Assembly: GCF_000738915.1 (NCBI RefSeq)
Contig: NW_026515635.1
Coordinates: 434,001 to 498,000 of the forward strand
Length of the DNA: 64,000 nt
Direction of reading: 5' to 3'
Origin: Nematocida ausubeli
Lineage: Eukaryota
The notes beneath the pieces were generated by a model. It had not been told where the DNA came from. It saw only the letters and a program-made list of their open reading frames with translations, and made no database searches. Within the stretch, counting starts at the first letter, position 1, and each line of letters starts with the position of its first letter. The position numbers were made by a program, and so were the translations under genes. Of this stretch, positions 49,498 to 61,458 are shown piece by piece.

Positions 49498-52062
49498 ATG
49501 GAAGAAATCTTAAGAAGTGTCTATGAATATTCAGATGAGCTACTTTTGGAGTTACTTCAGGAAGAGCAACCCCTGGAAGCAGCTGTTAATATACTGTGTG
49601 GTGTAATTCGAAGCATCACTGCACAGGAAATATTGAGAGAAAAAGAGCAGCTCCTGCTTCTTTATAGATATTTGCTAATGCTTGTAAGAATGCCTGAGAT
49701 GTTTGACTTTGAAGGCAGGAGCATCAGCCGAACAGTAGAAATATTCTATGGCGCGTGCATGCATCATAAGCTGCCGCTGCACACCACGCTATCTGGCAAT
49801 GAAATAGGCGAGGAAATACTTACTGTGCTTCTCCATGGGGTCTATAGAAAGATGGACCACTCTTCTGAGCCGGGCAGATATGCAAATTACTCAAGCCCTA
49901 GCAGGATAGAGGAGAATTCCTCGTATAATTTATCTGTGCATGAAGACTTGCTAAAGCACCCAATGGCAACAAGGATATTAGAGAAAAAGAGTCTTTGGGG
50001 CCTAGAGCCAATTTTGCCAACAGGAGAGGATGAGTGGGTGCACATGCAGTGCAGAAATAGCAGGATTTTTAATCTAACCCAGTCGTATATTCTAAATCTG
50101 TGCCCAGTCTACTACACAGGAGAGCATATAGGGATATACATGATGTACCCAGAGTTCTACAATAAACCAAAGGCAGAAATACAAAGGGCCCGGGCTTCGC
50201 TGCAAAAAGTAGTAGACCAGACAAATACAAGGTTCTTTAGCATTTTCAAGTCATTGATCATGGTTAATAAAGATATTAAAAAGAATTTTATATCGTCAAT
50301 CTACAGCATATACGAAAACAACAAAGAAAGAGAAAAGACCAGATACAAGCTAGAGGAGGTGCAGCCAGATGCAAAAATATTCACAATTTCAAATCTTCTT
50401 GGACGGCTTATCCAGCCTGTTGCAAATGACACAATAAAAATGCAAAGTATCCCAGCAGACACACTCCAGCGATCAGAGTACTTAAAAAGTACACAGTTTC
50501 CAATAGCAACCAGCACACCCTGCATGACAAGCTCCATGACAAATATGAACTCTCCATCAGACATTAGCTCACGAGCAGATGCACCGAAGGCAAATGACAC
50601 TTTTTTATCTGAGCTGTTCTATGGAAAGCTGCTGTATAATAGAATATCGTATACCCAGATATACACAAACTACAATGCATATACTGAAGACATGAGAAGA
50701 ACAGAGCGTGCAATCGCATCTGCCCCTAATGACCAGAGAATGAAGTATGTGCTAAGTATCCTGAATTCAGAGCTTGAATACATAAATGCCCTATTGGCCT
50801 GCGACACCATGCGAACAGAGGTTGTATTTCTAATGTACACAGTTTCATTCCTTAACCATATGGCGCATAAAGGGCGGTTAAGCACTGTGCCTGTCTTCAT
50901 ATTAGAGAACATCATTATTTCGCTGGAAAGACTCACGCATATGAAGCTGGGAATTAGGCTAACGCAGGAAGATGTAAGGAAAGTTCACATTCTGTGCATA
51001 CATGTGCTAAACTCCAGAATCAACATAAACTACAAGCAGGAGGTGATTAAGCTCTTACTGACATACATAAACACATCTGAGTGCGAGTACACTCCAGGAA
51101 TTGTTCTGTCAATTATAATGTACTTCATTGATGTGCAAATAGAAATAAGAAACCAGTCGGAGCAGCTGCAGGAAAGAGGAAGGGCATCGTGCATACTGGA
51201 CTATCTGCTAGAGAATTACAAAGGAAAGGAAGAGATCCGAGGAATTCTTGAAACAGCTCACAGCACAAGTGATCATAAGGACACAAAAACAGTTTTTCTA
51301 CTGCATTTACTCTCTTCATTAGTTGATGCGCAGGAAAGAGGATTTGAGGAGCTGCGAAAGGTATCTAGGGCACAGAGGGAAAGCGAGCCTGCAGAGAGCA
51401 TTGATACGTACATAGAGCACTCAAACTCCTATTTCTATATTGTGGATGTTATAGACCGCATAATCTTCACGCTCATGGACGTATCTGCAAAGGCATTTTC
51501 ATCCTCGCTAATTATGTGCCGGCTGGCATCTCTGCTCAATGCGTCTTTAATCACCTTGGTTAGCAAGAAATCCTCTGAGCTGAAGCTAAATAGCTCTAAA
51601 AGCACATTCTCTCCTGTCACACTACTTGGAAACCGCGTAAAAATGTATATATCGCTGAAAAGCATGGCTTTTGTAAAGGCAGTGGCAGAGGATGAGGATA
51701 TGTTCAAGCCAGAGCTATTTAGCAAAGCAATTGAGATATGCGACAGAAAGGGAGTGCTAACACAAAGAGATAAAGCATATGCAATTCTATTCATCAAGCG
51801 AGTGGCTAATCTGAAAGAGCAGAGAACAGTCAGCTCCATTACATATCCAGATGAATTCATCGACCCACTAACCTTTGGGCTGATGAAAGACCCAGTTATA
51901 CTAAGAACTAGCAATACACGGGTGGACAGGTCAACTGCAGCCATGATACTTATGACAGATCCCACAGATCCATTTACTAGAGACCCGCTTACAGAAGAAG
52001 ACATTTTAGAAGACCATGAAATGCGCAAAATAATTCATGATTTCTTGGCTAAGCATACTTAG
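49498..52062 (+). CDS. UFD2: Ubiquitin conjugation factor E4 (Ufd2, U-box)
   Basis: RLAS.LN..L..LV..K..ELK, FVKAVA.D, and the U-box PDEFIDPL...LMKDPVIL..S...VDRST.......PTDPFTR.PL. Confidence 0.92.
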   Translation: MEEILRSVYEYSDELLLELLQEEQPLEAAVNILCGVIRSITAQEILREKEQLLLLYRYLLMLVRMPEMFDFEGRSISRTVEIFYGACMHHKLPLHTTLSGNEIGEEILTVLLHGVYRKMDHSSEPGRYANYSSPSRIEENSSYNLSVHEDLLKHPMATRILEKKSLWGLEPILPTGEDEWVHMQCRNSRIFNLTQSYILNLCPVYYTGEHIGIYMMYPEFYNKPKAEIQRARASLQKVVDQTNTRFFSIFKSLIMVNKDIKKNFISSIYSIYENNKEREKTRYKLEEVQPDAKIFTISNLLGRLIQPVANDTIKMQSIPADTLQRSEYLKSTQFPIATSTPCMTSSMTNMNSPSDISSRADAPKANDTFLSELFYGKLLYNRISYTQIYTNYNAYTEDMRRTERAIASAPNDQRMKYVLSILNSELEYINALLACDTMRTEVVFLMYTVSFLNHMAHKGRLSTVPVFILENIIISLERLTHMKLGIRLTQEDVRKVHILCIHVLNSRININYKQEVIKLLLTYINTSECEYTPGIVLSIIMYFIDVQIEIRNQSEQLQERGRASCILDYLLENYKGKEEIRGILETAHSTSDHKDTKTVFLLHLLSSLVDAQERGFEELRKVSRAQRESEPAESIDTYIEHSNSYFYIVDVIDRIIFTLMDVSAKAFSSSLIMCRLASLLNASLITLVSKKSSELKLNSSKSTFSPVTLLGNRVKMYISLKSMAFVKAVAEDEDMFKPELFSKAIEICDRKGVLTQRDKAYAILFIKRVANLKEQRTVSSITYPDEFIDPLTFGLMKDPVILRTSNTRVDRSTAAMILMTDPTDPFTRDPLTEEDILEDHEMRKIIHDFLAKHT

Positions 52063-52757
52063 TAAAAATGCGCAATAACAATAAATTATTGAATTTAATT
52101 CGGGCTGCAATAAAATCACAGATATTTAAGAGAGAAATAGGATAGTGAATGGATGATATTATTTAAGATTATATAAGAGTGCTCAGTTACTTATGCATTG
52201 TACTGTATGAGAATGCATTTAGAGAAGTGCATGCATCGATTGAAATATTGCTAGATAATCAAGGCATTTATTGTTCTTTTGTCTCTAGTAAACTACACAC
52301 TGCTAATTTAAACAATCCATACTATGCTCAAGTATAGTGAACTTTGGTATACCAATTTTCTGCAATTAAATCTATCTAAAGAGCATGTAATGTATATTAG
52401 TTGTCTAATTATATATGTTTATTCTATGGTGTTATATTCTATTGAATGGCTTAAGGAGTGGCTTTCCTGCACACAAAACTTCTCTTCCATATTTTTGTAT
52501 TTTAGTTTTCAAAGGCTTCATATACTAGTAGTAGAGAGGAAAAAATGGACACTTTATGTTCCTTATTTAAAATCTGAATTGATCGGTTCAAGAGTGCAAA
52601 CAAAAAAGCGTATCTGCAAGAATAATTAAATAAAGAGTAGAGGGTGAATGTGATATTTATATATGATCCTTTGCTAATGCATAAGTCAGTTGTACACTAT
52701 ATGCAGCTACCCACTAGCTCTATTTATGGAAATAATTTTATTAAATTTCACAGCAGA

Positions 52758-53591
52758 ATGAAGGAGTATGACATATTTTTGGACACAGAGGAAAGTACCC
52801 TTCTTTTTCAATATCCATTAAGCACAGAGGTTCCAGATGTGCAGACAGTCTCTACAAAGTGCGACAACAAGTATGTCCAAATATCTGCCAAGAAAGGGAC
52901 AGAAGAAATGAACTATAAAGGAATTGGCTCTGATACAATAAACAAATACTATGTGCTAAGTCTGCAGAACGGGCAGATAGCAGGAACACAGGTGAAAACA
53001 ATAGTGCAGATGCGGCCATTTTTGCCAGAAACAGAGGAAACAATGAAGCTGGCAGAAAAAAAGGAGACAAAAGTATTTGCAATGAACGAATCACAGGACG
53101 AGTTGGAGAATAGAATGAAAAACCCAAATTATATAGTCGACAAAGTAAACAAAACACCCTGGGTAGTGCATAAGCTGGCTGAGTATAAAGAATCTGTGAT
53201 AAAGCCAGAAGTCCATAAGCCGCTGTATGCAGAGACTAGCAGTACTTGCCTGAATAAGCTGAAAGAAACCATATACAATGCAAGAGTTGTAAACATATCA
53301 GAACTACATAAAATATATCCAGGGCGAAGTATTTCAGATATCAACCAGGCAGTATCTGAGATGACAATTCCCTTTTTGGGAAGACACATACTCAAGCCAG
53401 AGTACTTCAATGATCTCTCGCCTTTGCTAATTAAAATACTGAAGAGAATGGAAGAAGAGAAAGGAACATTTAAACTCACAAAGGATGAAATAATAAACCC
53501 ATCAGAGGAATTCATCTACCTTCTCAACCAAGTCGCATACAAGGATGAACATAAGTATGTATTAAAGGGTTTTAATGAAAATATATTATAG
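52758..53591 (+). CDS. RPC5: RNA polymerase III subunit RPC5 (C37/Sin-like)
   Basis: EYDIFL....LLFQYP and Y.V.......V..IVQMRP.L match the Sin_N pattern. Start moved to ATG 52758. Confidence 0.75.
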   Translation: MKEYDIFLDTEESTLLFQYPLSTEVPDVQTVSTKCDNKYVQISAKKGTEEMNYKGIGSDTINKYYVLSLQNGQIAGTQVKTIVQMRPFLPETEETMKLAEKKETKVFAMNESQDELENRMKNPNYIVDKVNKTPWVVHKLAEYKESVIKPEVHKPLYAETSSTCLNKLKETIYNARVVNISELHKIYPGRSISDINQAVSEMTIPFLGRHILKPEYFNDLSPLLIKILKRMEEEKGTFKLTKDEIINPSEEFIYLLNQVAYKDEHKYVLKGFNENIL

Positions 53592-53789
53592 ATAGCATAG
53601 AATGCGCAATAAACAATACAGGATAGATAAATAGAGCAGTAAGCAAGTATATTATATATATTAGAGGCGCATAAATCAATAAAAAACTGCGCATTTTATT
53701 ACACTTTGGTCTGCTGTATATTGTCCTATATTTATGCTGCAGACATGTCTACTTTCTAGTTTTAATTTTGCATAAATTTATTTTTGAAG

Positions 53790-54887
53790 ATGAAGAACAG
53801 AAGTGAAAGGTTAATGGAACTATTTGAAATAATGCTGCAATCTGAGAAAAGACTGGATGAATCGATCACCCAGAAAAAGATGGCAGTCGAAGAAGCTCAT
53901 TTCAAAAAGATAAAGAAAATGTGCACTGTGCGAATAAATATATCCCTGGAGAAGACATCAGAGAACTCTCTTTTCATTTTAATCGGTGGAAAGGTAAAGG
54001 AAGAGGCAGGTGAAGGGGAGGATGAAGGAACGACAGAAATAAAGTCTATTGGAAGTGTGCTAAGCAAATTATATGTTGAGTTATCAGAGACCGAAGGGGA
54101 GATTAGCAGACCGCAGGGTGATAGGGCTCAGGAAACAGAGCCATCTGCCAAAAGGGTAAGAATGTCAACAGGAGAGAGCGAGACCTTCTTTGAGTGGCAT
54201 AACAGAACAACCACATCAGACGTGTCTGAGTTTGAGATTAAGACATCTGCAAAGTCATCGCATGGCCGCCTATTTATTAGCTTCATGAGTTACACAGGTG
54301 TTTTTGATTTGTGCAGTGACCTGGCAGGGCCCATTGGCATGAAGAGAGGCACCAAGTCAGGAATTCTTCTAGCCATATGGAAGTACATTACAGCACAGAA
54401 GATGCGAGATCCATTGCGGAATAAAACAATCTTGTGCAATGATGTATTTAAAAAGGTATTTGAGAAGGATGAAATAACATTCAGTGAAATAATCCAAGAC
54501 CTAGGGAAGTTCATGTCTCCTGTTGAGATGATTACCTTTGACTTTGCAGTCCCCACCCAGGTAGGAGGCAAGCTGCAGTATTCTTATGACATTACAGCAG
54601 AGCTGGATCCGATCTCAAGGGAGTACGCATACGCGAATAATGCAAAAATAGCAATTCTGAACAAAAAGATAGAAGACATACAGGTGAGAATAGAAAAGCA
54701 GAATGAAAAAATTGATGGCTTAGACAGATTCATTGAAAACCCAAAGAGATACATTAACAACTGGATATTAAACAGCTCAAAGAATCTTCACTTAATTGCA
54801 GATGACTTGTTTGATGTAAATGATGGATTCTACACCCAGAAAGAAATACAAGAAAGCGTGTACCAACTGCTGCAAAATTACAAATAA
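53790..54887 (+). CDS. SWI/SNF-RSC subunit SMARCD/BAF60 (Snf12/Rsc6), SWIB domain
   Basis: L..EKRLD..I..K, FEW, the SWIB segment T...I..AIW.YI...K..DP....I.C...F..VF, F..NP..YI..W and FY.Q. Confidence 0.9.
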   Translation: MKNRSERLMELFEIMLQSEKRLDESITQKKMAVEEAHFKKIKKMCTVRINISLEKTSENSLFILIGGKVKEEAGEGEDEGTTEIKSIGSVLSKLYVELSETEGEISRPQGDRAQETEPSAKRVRMSTGESETFFEWHNRTTTSDVSEFEIKTSAKSSHGRLFISFMSYTGVFDLCSDLAGPIGMKRGTKSGILLAIWKYITAQKMRDPLRNKTILCNDVFKKVFEKDEITFSEIIQDLGKFMSPVEMITFDFAVPTQVGGKLQYSYDITAELDPISREYAYANNAKIAILNKKIEDIQVRIEKQNEKIDGLDRFIENPKRYINNWILNSSKNLHLIADDLFDVNDGFYTQKEIQESVYQLLQNYK

Positions 54888-55558
54888 TAAAAATAAGCCT
54901 GTAATAAAGAAGAAGTATATCAAAAGAATATTACTTTTTCTAAATCTTGTATAGCCACAGGATAAGTTAAAATAAAATGACTGCAAGAAAATCAACAGAG
55001 CATAAGAGCAGAAGAATCTTTGTAGTCGCAAATACTTGGGCATCTGTGCACTCATCATTCTATTTGGTTGGTATATCAGGCTACATGCCCGTCCATATAG
55101 AATGCCAGCTATCCAATATATCTTGGGTGGTCTCTGCGGCAGTTGAAGGGCACAGAAGCACATAAAATTATATTCTACAGAAGATGCATACTATATCACA
55201 TTCTTAAACCAACATAACCTAATAAATACTTTAGTAGTTGCTTTTATATAAGAAAGGCCTGTTAGTTTATTATAAATAAAACTGCATATTACAGCTGTCA
55301 GCACAGGGAAATTATACTTTTACAAAGACTACTGCAAGAAGCCATGAAGAGTTTATTTATTGTTGTCTTCTTTTATTCCAGTCCGAATGGAAAATAAAAG
55401 CAGTATTGCTTAACAGCCAATCCATGCATTATTCTTTGTAGAAATGGAAGAATATAATTCAGAAGCAGTGAATTAACATATAGACAGTTATTCACTAGAT
55501 ATTATATACATATTATGGGAGTTTTCTAAATAGTTTTATTTATTTTATTAAGGATAGA

Positions 55559-55930
55559 CTAAATTCTTTCAAACTGGAACTCTGCCTGGTTGTCCTCTGC
55601 CTCCTGCTTGAAGTTTTCAGGGATCAAATTATTCTCTCTAAGTATTTTGATCTCAGAAGGGAAGTACTTCTTGCATATGTAGCCTGTGTCCTTCTGGTCA
55701 TCTGCCAGTGACACCAGCACAATATCATTCTGCTGGACCCAAACGGACTTGTGCATGCTTCCCCGAAGAACGCACTTTCTGCTTATTGCGTCAATGCAAA
55801 GCACTTCGAACCTGGATGACCCAAGTGCACATGTCACCTGGCCGTATATTGTTTTCTCGGCCTCATCCATGAACACCATTGGCTGATTTGAACTATTCTT
55901 CTTTTTGCATCCTTTTCTCTTTCCCTTCAT
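55559..55930 (-). CDS. EIF1A: Translation initiation factor eIF1A
   Basis: Basic N-tail, YGQV...LG..RF...C.D...R.C..RG.M.K.VW....DIVLVSL and IPE motifs. Confidence 0.95.
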   Translation of the reverse strand: MKGKRKGCKKKNSSNQPMVFMDEAEKTIYGQVTCALGSSRFEVLCIDAISRKCVLRGSMHKSVWVQQNDIVLVSLADDQKDTGYICKKYFPSEIKILRENNLIPENFKQEAEDNQAEFQFERI

Positions 55931-55958
55931 ATTCTGTAAAATTTCTTTTACTCATTAA

Positions 55959-56693
55959 ATGAAAAAGGGTGCAAAGGGAAAGGACTTTCTTATAGAACAG
56001 ATTTGGCTATGGAGCAGCATTTCCTTCATTACTATCTACAGTATGATACTGGTCAAGGTAATAAGTGGGCTGGGAATAAATAAGAGGGTACTTCACATTG
56101 GATCCTGCTTATCTCTTATAGCTACATACAGCTCCTGCATATTCTTTAAGAGCTCAGCAATAAACATCCAAAAGCTTCTGAAAGATGGGAACTTTAGATG
56201 CCTGCTAGTAGCATGCTCTTTGCTAAGCGTCCGAAGCATGGTTATCCCTATGATGCCCTTCTTGCTAATGTCCACACTGTCGGTTGCTGGGTATATTAAC
56301 AAGAATAGAAGCAAGTTTGAAAAAACATCAGTTGTAGGTGCAGCCCACAATTTGGCCATCCAGAAGGACCAGATTACTCTGTTTGCACTGAAGATTGAGG
56401 TTCTCTCTCTTCCACTGATATTCCTGCACTTAGTTCTAGGAAGTGCTGATTTGTTCCTGTTTGTCAGCTATGCTAGCATGGTGTGGTACGAGTACACAAC
56501 AAACCCACGCATGAAGAGTGCAGTGTATGAAATAATTGAAGTAATAGACAGATTAGTTGGCTCCTCAAATGTACCGCATTCACTTAGAGAGAAGTATTCT
56601 TTGCTCAAAGAGTACATTAAAATGAGGTTGCCGGTAAGTGAAGGAATGGATGCCTCTGGTCAACCAAAGATATCACAGGTGCATAGTAATTAG
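55959..56693 (+). CDS. TMEM33/Pom33-family ER/nuclear pore membrane protein
   Basis: Multiple TMs, LL.D.NF..L, MPF...S.. and Y...Y..NP.......I..ID.....P. Confidence 0.7.
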   Translation: MKKGAKGKDFLIEQIWLWSSISFITIYSMILVKVISGLGINKRVLHIGSCLSLIATYSSCIFFKSSAINIQKLLKDGNFRCLLVACSLLSVRSMVIPMMPFLLMSTLSVAGYINKNRSKFEKTSVVGAAHNLAIQKDQITLFALKIEVLSLPLIFLHLVLGSADLFLFVSYASMVWYEYTTNPRMKSAVYEIIEVIDRLVGSSNVPHSLREKYSLLKEYIKMRLPVSEGMDASGQPKISQVHSN

Positions 56694-56997
56694 TAGGAAA
56701 TAAAATAGTTATTAGTTGAGATATGTACATTTGCCTCTCCCAGCAAGTTTATACAAAAATAATCCAATCAAAGTCTGTCTAAGCGGCTTCACTCGTGTGC
56801 AATTACAAGTAAATATTTCTACAGTATTTAAATGTGTTCTTGCAGTGTCCTAGGGTTAATACTAAAACTTCAACTGCTCTTCCTAAAAGTGCTAAGTACC
56901 ATAGACCAACTAAGCATCCATCTAGAGGCATAAAAATGAAAAGAGTATTATAGGGTGTTTATTATCCTATGCACTGATCTATCTAGGGCCAGGATGA

Positions 56998-59757
56998 TTA
57001 CACTAGAGAGTATTCAATGCCTGCAGCTGACTCAGTGAAAGTGCCTTCACTTGTGCATTCAATTTGAATACCAATTAGTCTCTTAAGTGTGTCTTGGTGG
57101 GTGCTCAGTTCTTCTGTTATCTTAGATAACTTGATCAGAACCTTGTCTGTTTTATCTCGTGTTGAGATCTTAGAGCGTGCGTCCTTAATGAACTCAATGA
57201 TTGCTTCGATTTGATGGAGTTCTTCTTTATCTTCATCTGTCTCCTCCCGGCTGGATGGGTAGTCTTCCACTGTGATGGACTCCATCCATGTGTATCCCTC
57301 AATATTCCATGCCTTTTGCATGGCCTGGTATATTTCTTCTGTAAGGAACGGGAAGAATGGGTGAATGAGCTTGATAAATTCTAGAGAGACTGTCTGCAGT
57401 GTAGTAATACCAGAAGGATCCTTTCTGCCCTTAAACATTTCCAGGTAGAAATCGCAGAATTCATAGACCATGAACTGGTGTACGTCCACAGAAGCCTTCA
57501 TAAAGTTTGATGATTCAAGGGAGGCATTTACACTACTAACGGCCTTTCTAAATCTGCTTTCAATCCATCTGTCAGAGATGTACTCAAACGAGCCCTTTCT
57601 GACCTCTTTACTATCAGGTGCTGCCTTCTGGGCAAGTGCAAACTTCATTCCATTCCAGATCTTATTACAGAACCTTCTGCAGCTAGTGACTTTGTCGATG
57701 CTCAGGTTGACATCTCGCCCAAGTGATGCACTTGACAGAAGTGCATACCGCAAGGCATCACTGCCACATGCCTCAATACCTGCAGGATACTCCTGTGTGA
57801 TACTCACAGTTGCCTTGTCTGCCTCGTTTTGTGATAGATTTCCTGACTTGAGTTTTGCCAAAAGGCTTTCCAAAGTAATACCTGATATTACGTCCACTGG
57901 GTCAATCACATTTCCTTTGCTCTTACTCATCTTCTCTCCCTTTGCATCTCTTACTATGCTGTGGAATAAAACTGTGCTAAAAGGGCATTTTCCAGTTAGA
58001 GAAATTCCCATCATCACCATTCTTGCAACCCAGAAGAAAATAATGTCCTTTCCTGTCTCAAGAAGAGATGTAGGGTAGAATGTCTTCATGTCTTCAGTTT
58101 CTTTGGGCCACCCAAGCGTAGAGAAAGGCCACAGACCAGACGAAAACCAAGTATCAAGTACGTCTTCTTCTTGTTCAACAGGGCCACCTGCCTGAGCCTC
58201 TGCTTCTTCCTTGGTTCTAGTGATGTACCACTGGCCATTTCTAGTGTATGCGGGTATTCTGTGGCCCCACCATAACTGCCTTGATAGACACCAGTCCTTG
58301 ATGTTTGAAAGCCAGCCTTCCCAGGTTTTGGTCATTTCATCTGGGACAATCCGCAGGGCACCAGACTGCGAGGCTTCAAGTGCCTTTTTAGCAAGGCCTT
58401 GGCAGTTCATCCACCACTGAGGAGCAAGTCTAGGCTCTATTACCTCTCCAGTTCTGGAGCATATTGGAATATTCGAGGAGTGTCCTTCTTCCTTAACGAG
58501 CACCTTGATTGCCTGCAGCTCTTTAACCGTTGCCTCTCTGGCATCAAATCTAAGCATGCCTTTAAATGGACCAACGGTCATTCTGTTGTTGATATCAAGA
58601 ACAGAGATCATTTCAAGCTTGTGTCTCTCTCCTACCTCAAAGTCCACAGGATCATGTGCAGGTGTGATCTTCAGGACACCTGTTCCAAAGGACATGTCAG
58701 CAGCTTCATCAAATACAAATCTCATTCTCTCCTGGGTAAGAGGGTTTATGGGAACTGCATCCTTAAACCTGGCAAATCTACTGTCATTTGGGTTGGCACA
58801 GAGGGCGACATCTCCAAATATTGTTTCTGGTCTTGTAGTTTGCACATGGATCTTTTCAATCTTTCCATCTACCTCAACATCGTATGCGATAGTGAATATG
58901 CGCCCAAGAACATACTCTTTCCCATCTGTGGTTATCTTTCCGTATGGCTCAACCATCTGATAGTCTACCTCCAGATCACTTAGACTTGTCTGTATCTTTG
59001 CACACCAGTTGACAAGTCTATTACCTCTGTATATCAGGCCATCCTCATAGAATCTAACAAATGCCTCTGTTACAGCATGTGATACATCTGCGTCCATTGT
59101 GAACTTCTCTCTAGTAAAGTCCAGACTTGTCCCAAGTGACTTAAACTGGTTGGATATCTGGTTTCCATACTGCTCCTTCCATGCCCATACTTTCTCCAGA
59201 AATTCCTCTCTAGTCATATCCTTTCTATAAATACCCTTCTTCTCCAAAGACTTCTCTACAACCACTTGCGTTGCTATTCCAGCATGATCTGTTCCAGGCA
59301 GGTAAAGGGTCTTGTATCCCTGCATTCTCTTCCATCTTACAATAGTGTCCTCAATGGAGGCCATCATGGCATGTCCTATGTGCAAAGACCCAGTTACATT
59401 TGGGGGAGGCAGCACTATGCTAAACATCTTTCCATTTGAAGCCTTTGTTTTGTACTCTGGCGTGAAGAATCCTTTTTTGTTCCACCAGGAGAACCATCCA
59501 TTTTCCACAGACTTTGGATTGAATTGCCCATTAAGCTTATCTACTTCTTTTTTCTCTCCTTCGGGAACAAACTCTCCTTCCTCAAACTCGATCTTCTTTT
59601 TCTCTTTTTGATTTTCCTTCTTTGGGGCATTCTTCTGAACCTCCAGCTTGCTCATAAACTTTGCTAGCTTGCTCATTTTCTTCTCTAGTTTTGCTCTTTT
59701 TCTATCGTCAGTTTCACCTGCCAGTGCAGCCTTTAATTCTTCCATATATTTTTCCAT
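56998..59757 (-). CDS. VAS1: Valyl-tRNA synthetase
   Basis: PPPNVTGSLHIGHA, PGTDHAGIATQ, TTRPET, DWCLSRQLWWGH, DVLDTWFSS and KMSKSKGN motifs. The first ATG is at 59757. Confidence 0.98.
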   Translation of the reverse strand: MEKYMEELKAALAGETDDRKRAKLEKKMSKLAKFMSKLEVQKNAPKKENQKEKKKIEFEEGEFVPEGEKKEVDKLNGQFNPKSVENGWFSWWNKKGFFTPEYKTKASNGKMFSIVLPPPNVTGSLHIGHAMMASIEDTIVRWKRMQGYKTLYLPGTDHAGIATQVVVEKSLEKKGIYRKDMTREEFLEKVWAWKEQYGNQISNQFKSLGTSLDFTREKFTMDADVSHAVTEAFVRFYEDGLIYRGNRLVNWCAKIQTSLSDLEVDYQMVEPYGKITTDGKEYVLGRIFTIAYDVEVDGKIEKIHVQTTRPETIFGDVALCANPNDSRFARFKDAVPINPLTQERMRFVFDEAADMSFGTGVLKITPAHDPVDFEVGERHKLEMISVLDINNRMTVGPFKGMLRFDAREATVKELQAIKVLVKEEGHSSNIPICSRTGEVIEPRLAPQWWMNCQGLAKKALEASQSGALRIVPDEMTKTWEGWLSNIKDWCLSRQLWWGHRIPAYTRNGQWYITRTKEEAEAQAGGPVEQEEDVLDTWFSSGLWPFSTLGWPKETEDMKTFYPTSLLETGKDIIFFWVARMVMMGISLTGKCPFSTVLFHSIVRDAKGEKMSKSKGNVIDPVDVISGITLESLLAKLKSGNLSQNEADKATVSITQEYPAGIEACGSDALRYALLSSASLGRDVNLSIDKVTSCRRFCNKIWNGMKFALAQKAAPDSKEVRKGSFEYISDRWIESRFRKAVSSVNASLESSNFMKASVDVHQFMVYEFCDFYLEMFKGRKDPSGITTLQTVSLEFIKLIHPFFPFLTEEIYQAMQKAWNIEGYTWMESITVEDYPSSREETDEDKEELHQIEAIIEFIKDARSKISTRDKTDKVLIKLSKITEELSTHQDTLKRLIGIQIECTSEGTFTESAAGIEYSLV

Positions 59758-59778
59758 TTTTATTTTTCTATTTAAATT

Positions 59779-61008
59779 ATGATTCTGAATTCTGTGCTTG
59801 CTCCCTACCCCCGGACAGAGCTGCTGCACACCACATGCAGTTCTGCATATTTTCTGATCATTTTGGATTACTTCCAGATCACTAATTTCTGGACTTTACT
59901 ATTTGGTTTGTCCATGATTCACTATATAATCACAGTATCAGAGTCCATGATATTCAGTCAGGTTCTGTGCGGTGTATCTGTGATTTTTTTCCTGCTAAAA
60001 GCAAAGTCTTCTAAGACACAGCAAATGAACAAAATTGACACAGATATTGCATACCTGGTGATCAATGGCCTAAGATATATTGTATGCAGCTTGGTGTCTA
60101 TCTCTATCTTTACGTGTGATTTTGGGATATATCCATTGCATAAGTACAAGTGCAAGTACTTTGGGATATCCTTAATGGACTTTGGGGTGGTTGCCTTTAT
60201 GATTAATGCAGGCATGCTGTCTTCTCTTTCCCATAGATTTAGAGCACGCAAGTCTGCATATATGTTTATCATGGGGATAGTTCGCTTATGTATCATTCTG
60301 TCTGGATACCACACAGACCCAACAGAGTATGGAGTTCATCTTAACTTTTACTTTATATATCTGCTGTCTGAGAATATAAGCTTATTGTTTAAGAATATAA
60401 ATCCTATTCTAGCAGCCTCTCTTATCCTTGGAGCACACGAAGCAGTTATCACAAAAAAATCAGTCATTAATTATGTCTTCTTTGGGGAAAGAGACAACAT
60501 ATTCAGTGCAAACAGGGAAGGACTACTTTCAATCCTTCCTTATACAGCTGTGCTTCTGCTAGGAAAGGGAGTTGGTAATATTCTGTTTGAAAAAAACAAG
60601 ACAGTCTTTAAGAAGTTCCTTAAGCTTGTCGCCCTATACAGTTCTTTGCATGTGGTACATCTTGTTTTTCTATCTATAACTGAGCCATCTAGAAGACTTT
60701 GCTCAATTTCCTTTATCTCTTTCTGCTGCAGTGCAATTATATTCCCTATGTGTCTTCTCTATGGAATTTCTTGTGTCTATAAGGTGCCAAGCATCGAATC
60801 CCTTTCTGGGCTTAGTAAGCTAATGAATCCACTATTTCTTCTGTCCAACTTGTATGTTCTTATTGGTAATCTTCTCTTTGATTGGAAGAGCTATTCTGCA
60901 GTTGAATCTCACTTGTGCAATTTAGTATACATGTTCCTGACTTTTTGTGTTCCCGTGTACCTCTACAGGAAATATGTAGAAATCCCAAGTGAAAGAAAGA
61001 CAAAATAA
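59779..61008 (+). CDS. GWT1: GPI inositol acyltransferase Gwt1/PIG-W
   Basis: I...DF..YP....K...FG.SLMD.GV..F, TEYGVH.NF, ANREG..S, SRRL and FL.SN...GN motifs. Confidence 0.93.
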   Translation: MILNSVLAPYPRTELLHTTCSSAYFLIILDYFQITNFWTLLFGLSMIHYIITVSESMIFSQVLCGVSVIFFLLKAKSSKTQQMNKIDTDIAYLVINGLRYIVCSLVSISIFTCDFGIYPLHKYKCKYFGISLMDFGVVAFMINAGMLSSLSHRFRARKSAYMFIMGIVRLCIILSGYHTDPTEYGVHLNFYFIYLLSENISLLFKNINPILAASLILGAHEAVITKKSVINYVFFGERDNIFSANREGLLSILPYTAVLLLGKGVGNILFEKNKTVFKKFLKLVALYSSLHVVHLVFLSITEPSRRLCSISFISFCCSAIIFPMCLLYGISCVYKVPSIESLSGLSKLMNPLFLLSNLYVLIGNLLFDWKSYSAVESHLCNLVYMFLTFCVPVYLYRKYVEIPSERKTK

Positions 61009-61458
61009 ATATGTAAATTCTCATAAATATAATCTAACGTAAAAACAATAAATAAGACAGTCAGCAGGATAATAGGCCAATCTGTATCTGTACTCTATTA
61101 AAGAAGGATTTTATGTAGTGCCACAGATTTATTGGTCTTTTCATCTAGGATATTCTGAAGGTTGGCATGAAATATCTTTCTACTGAATATATTCTGAAGG
61201 CTTTCTTTTTCTTAAATGCATAGATATTTAGACTATCCTGGTACTAGTGCCTATTGAACTTTTAGTGCTCATTTGTATACGCATAATCATATAGACTAAT
61301 TCCAGTGCAAAATAGCTTCTTATGTTTTAGACAGTTTCGTATTTGGAGAGTCACTAGCACAGATATTTTTATGCACTCTAGTAGCAAAGGAGTGCTTTCT
61401 TCTTTTAAATATCTGCTGAGACTGCCTAAATCTAATAATAGAAATACTTTCTAGCTTT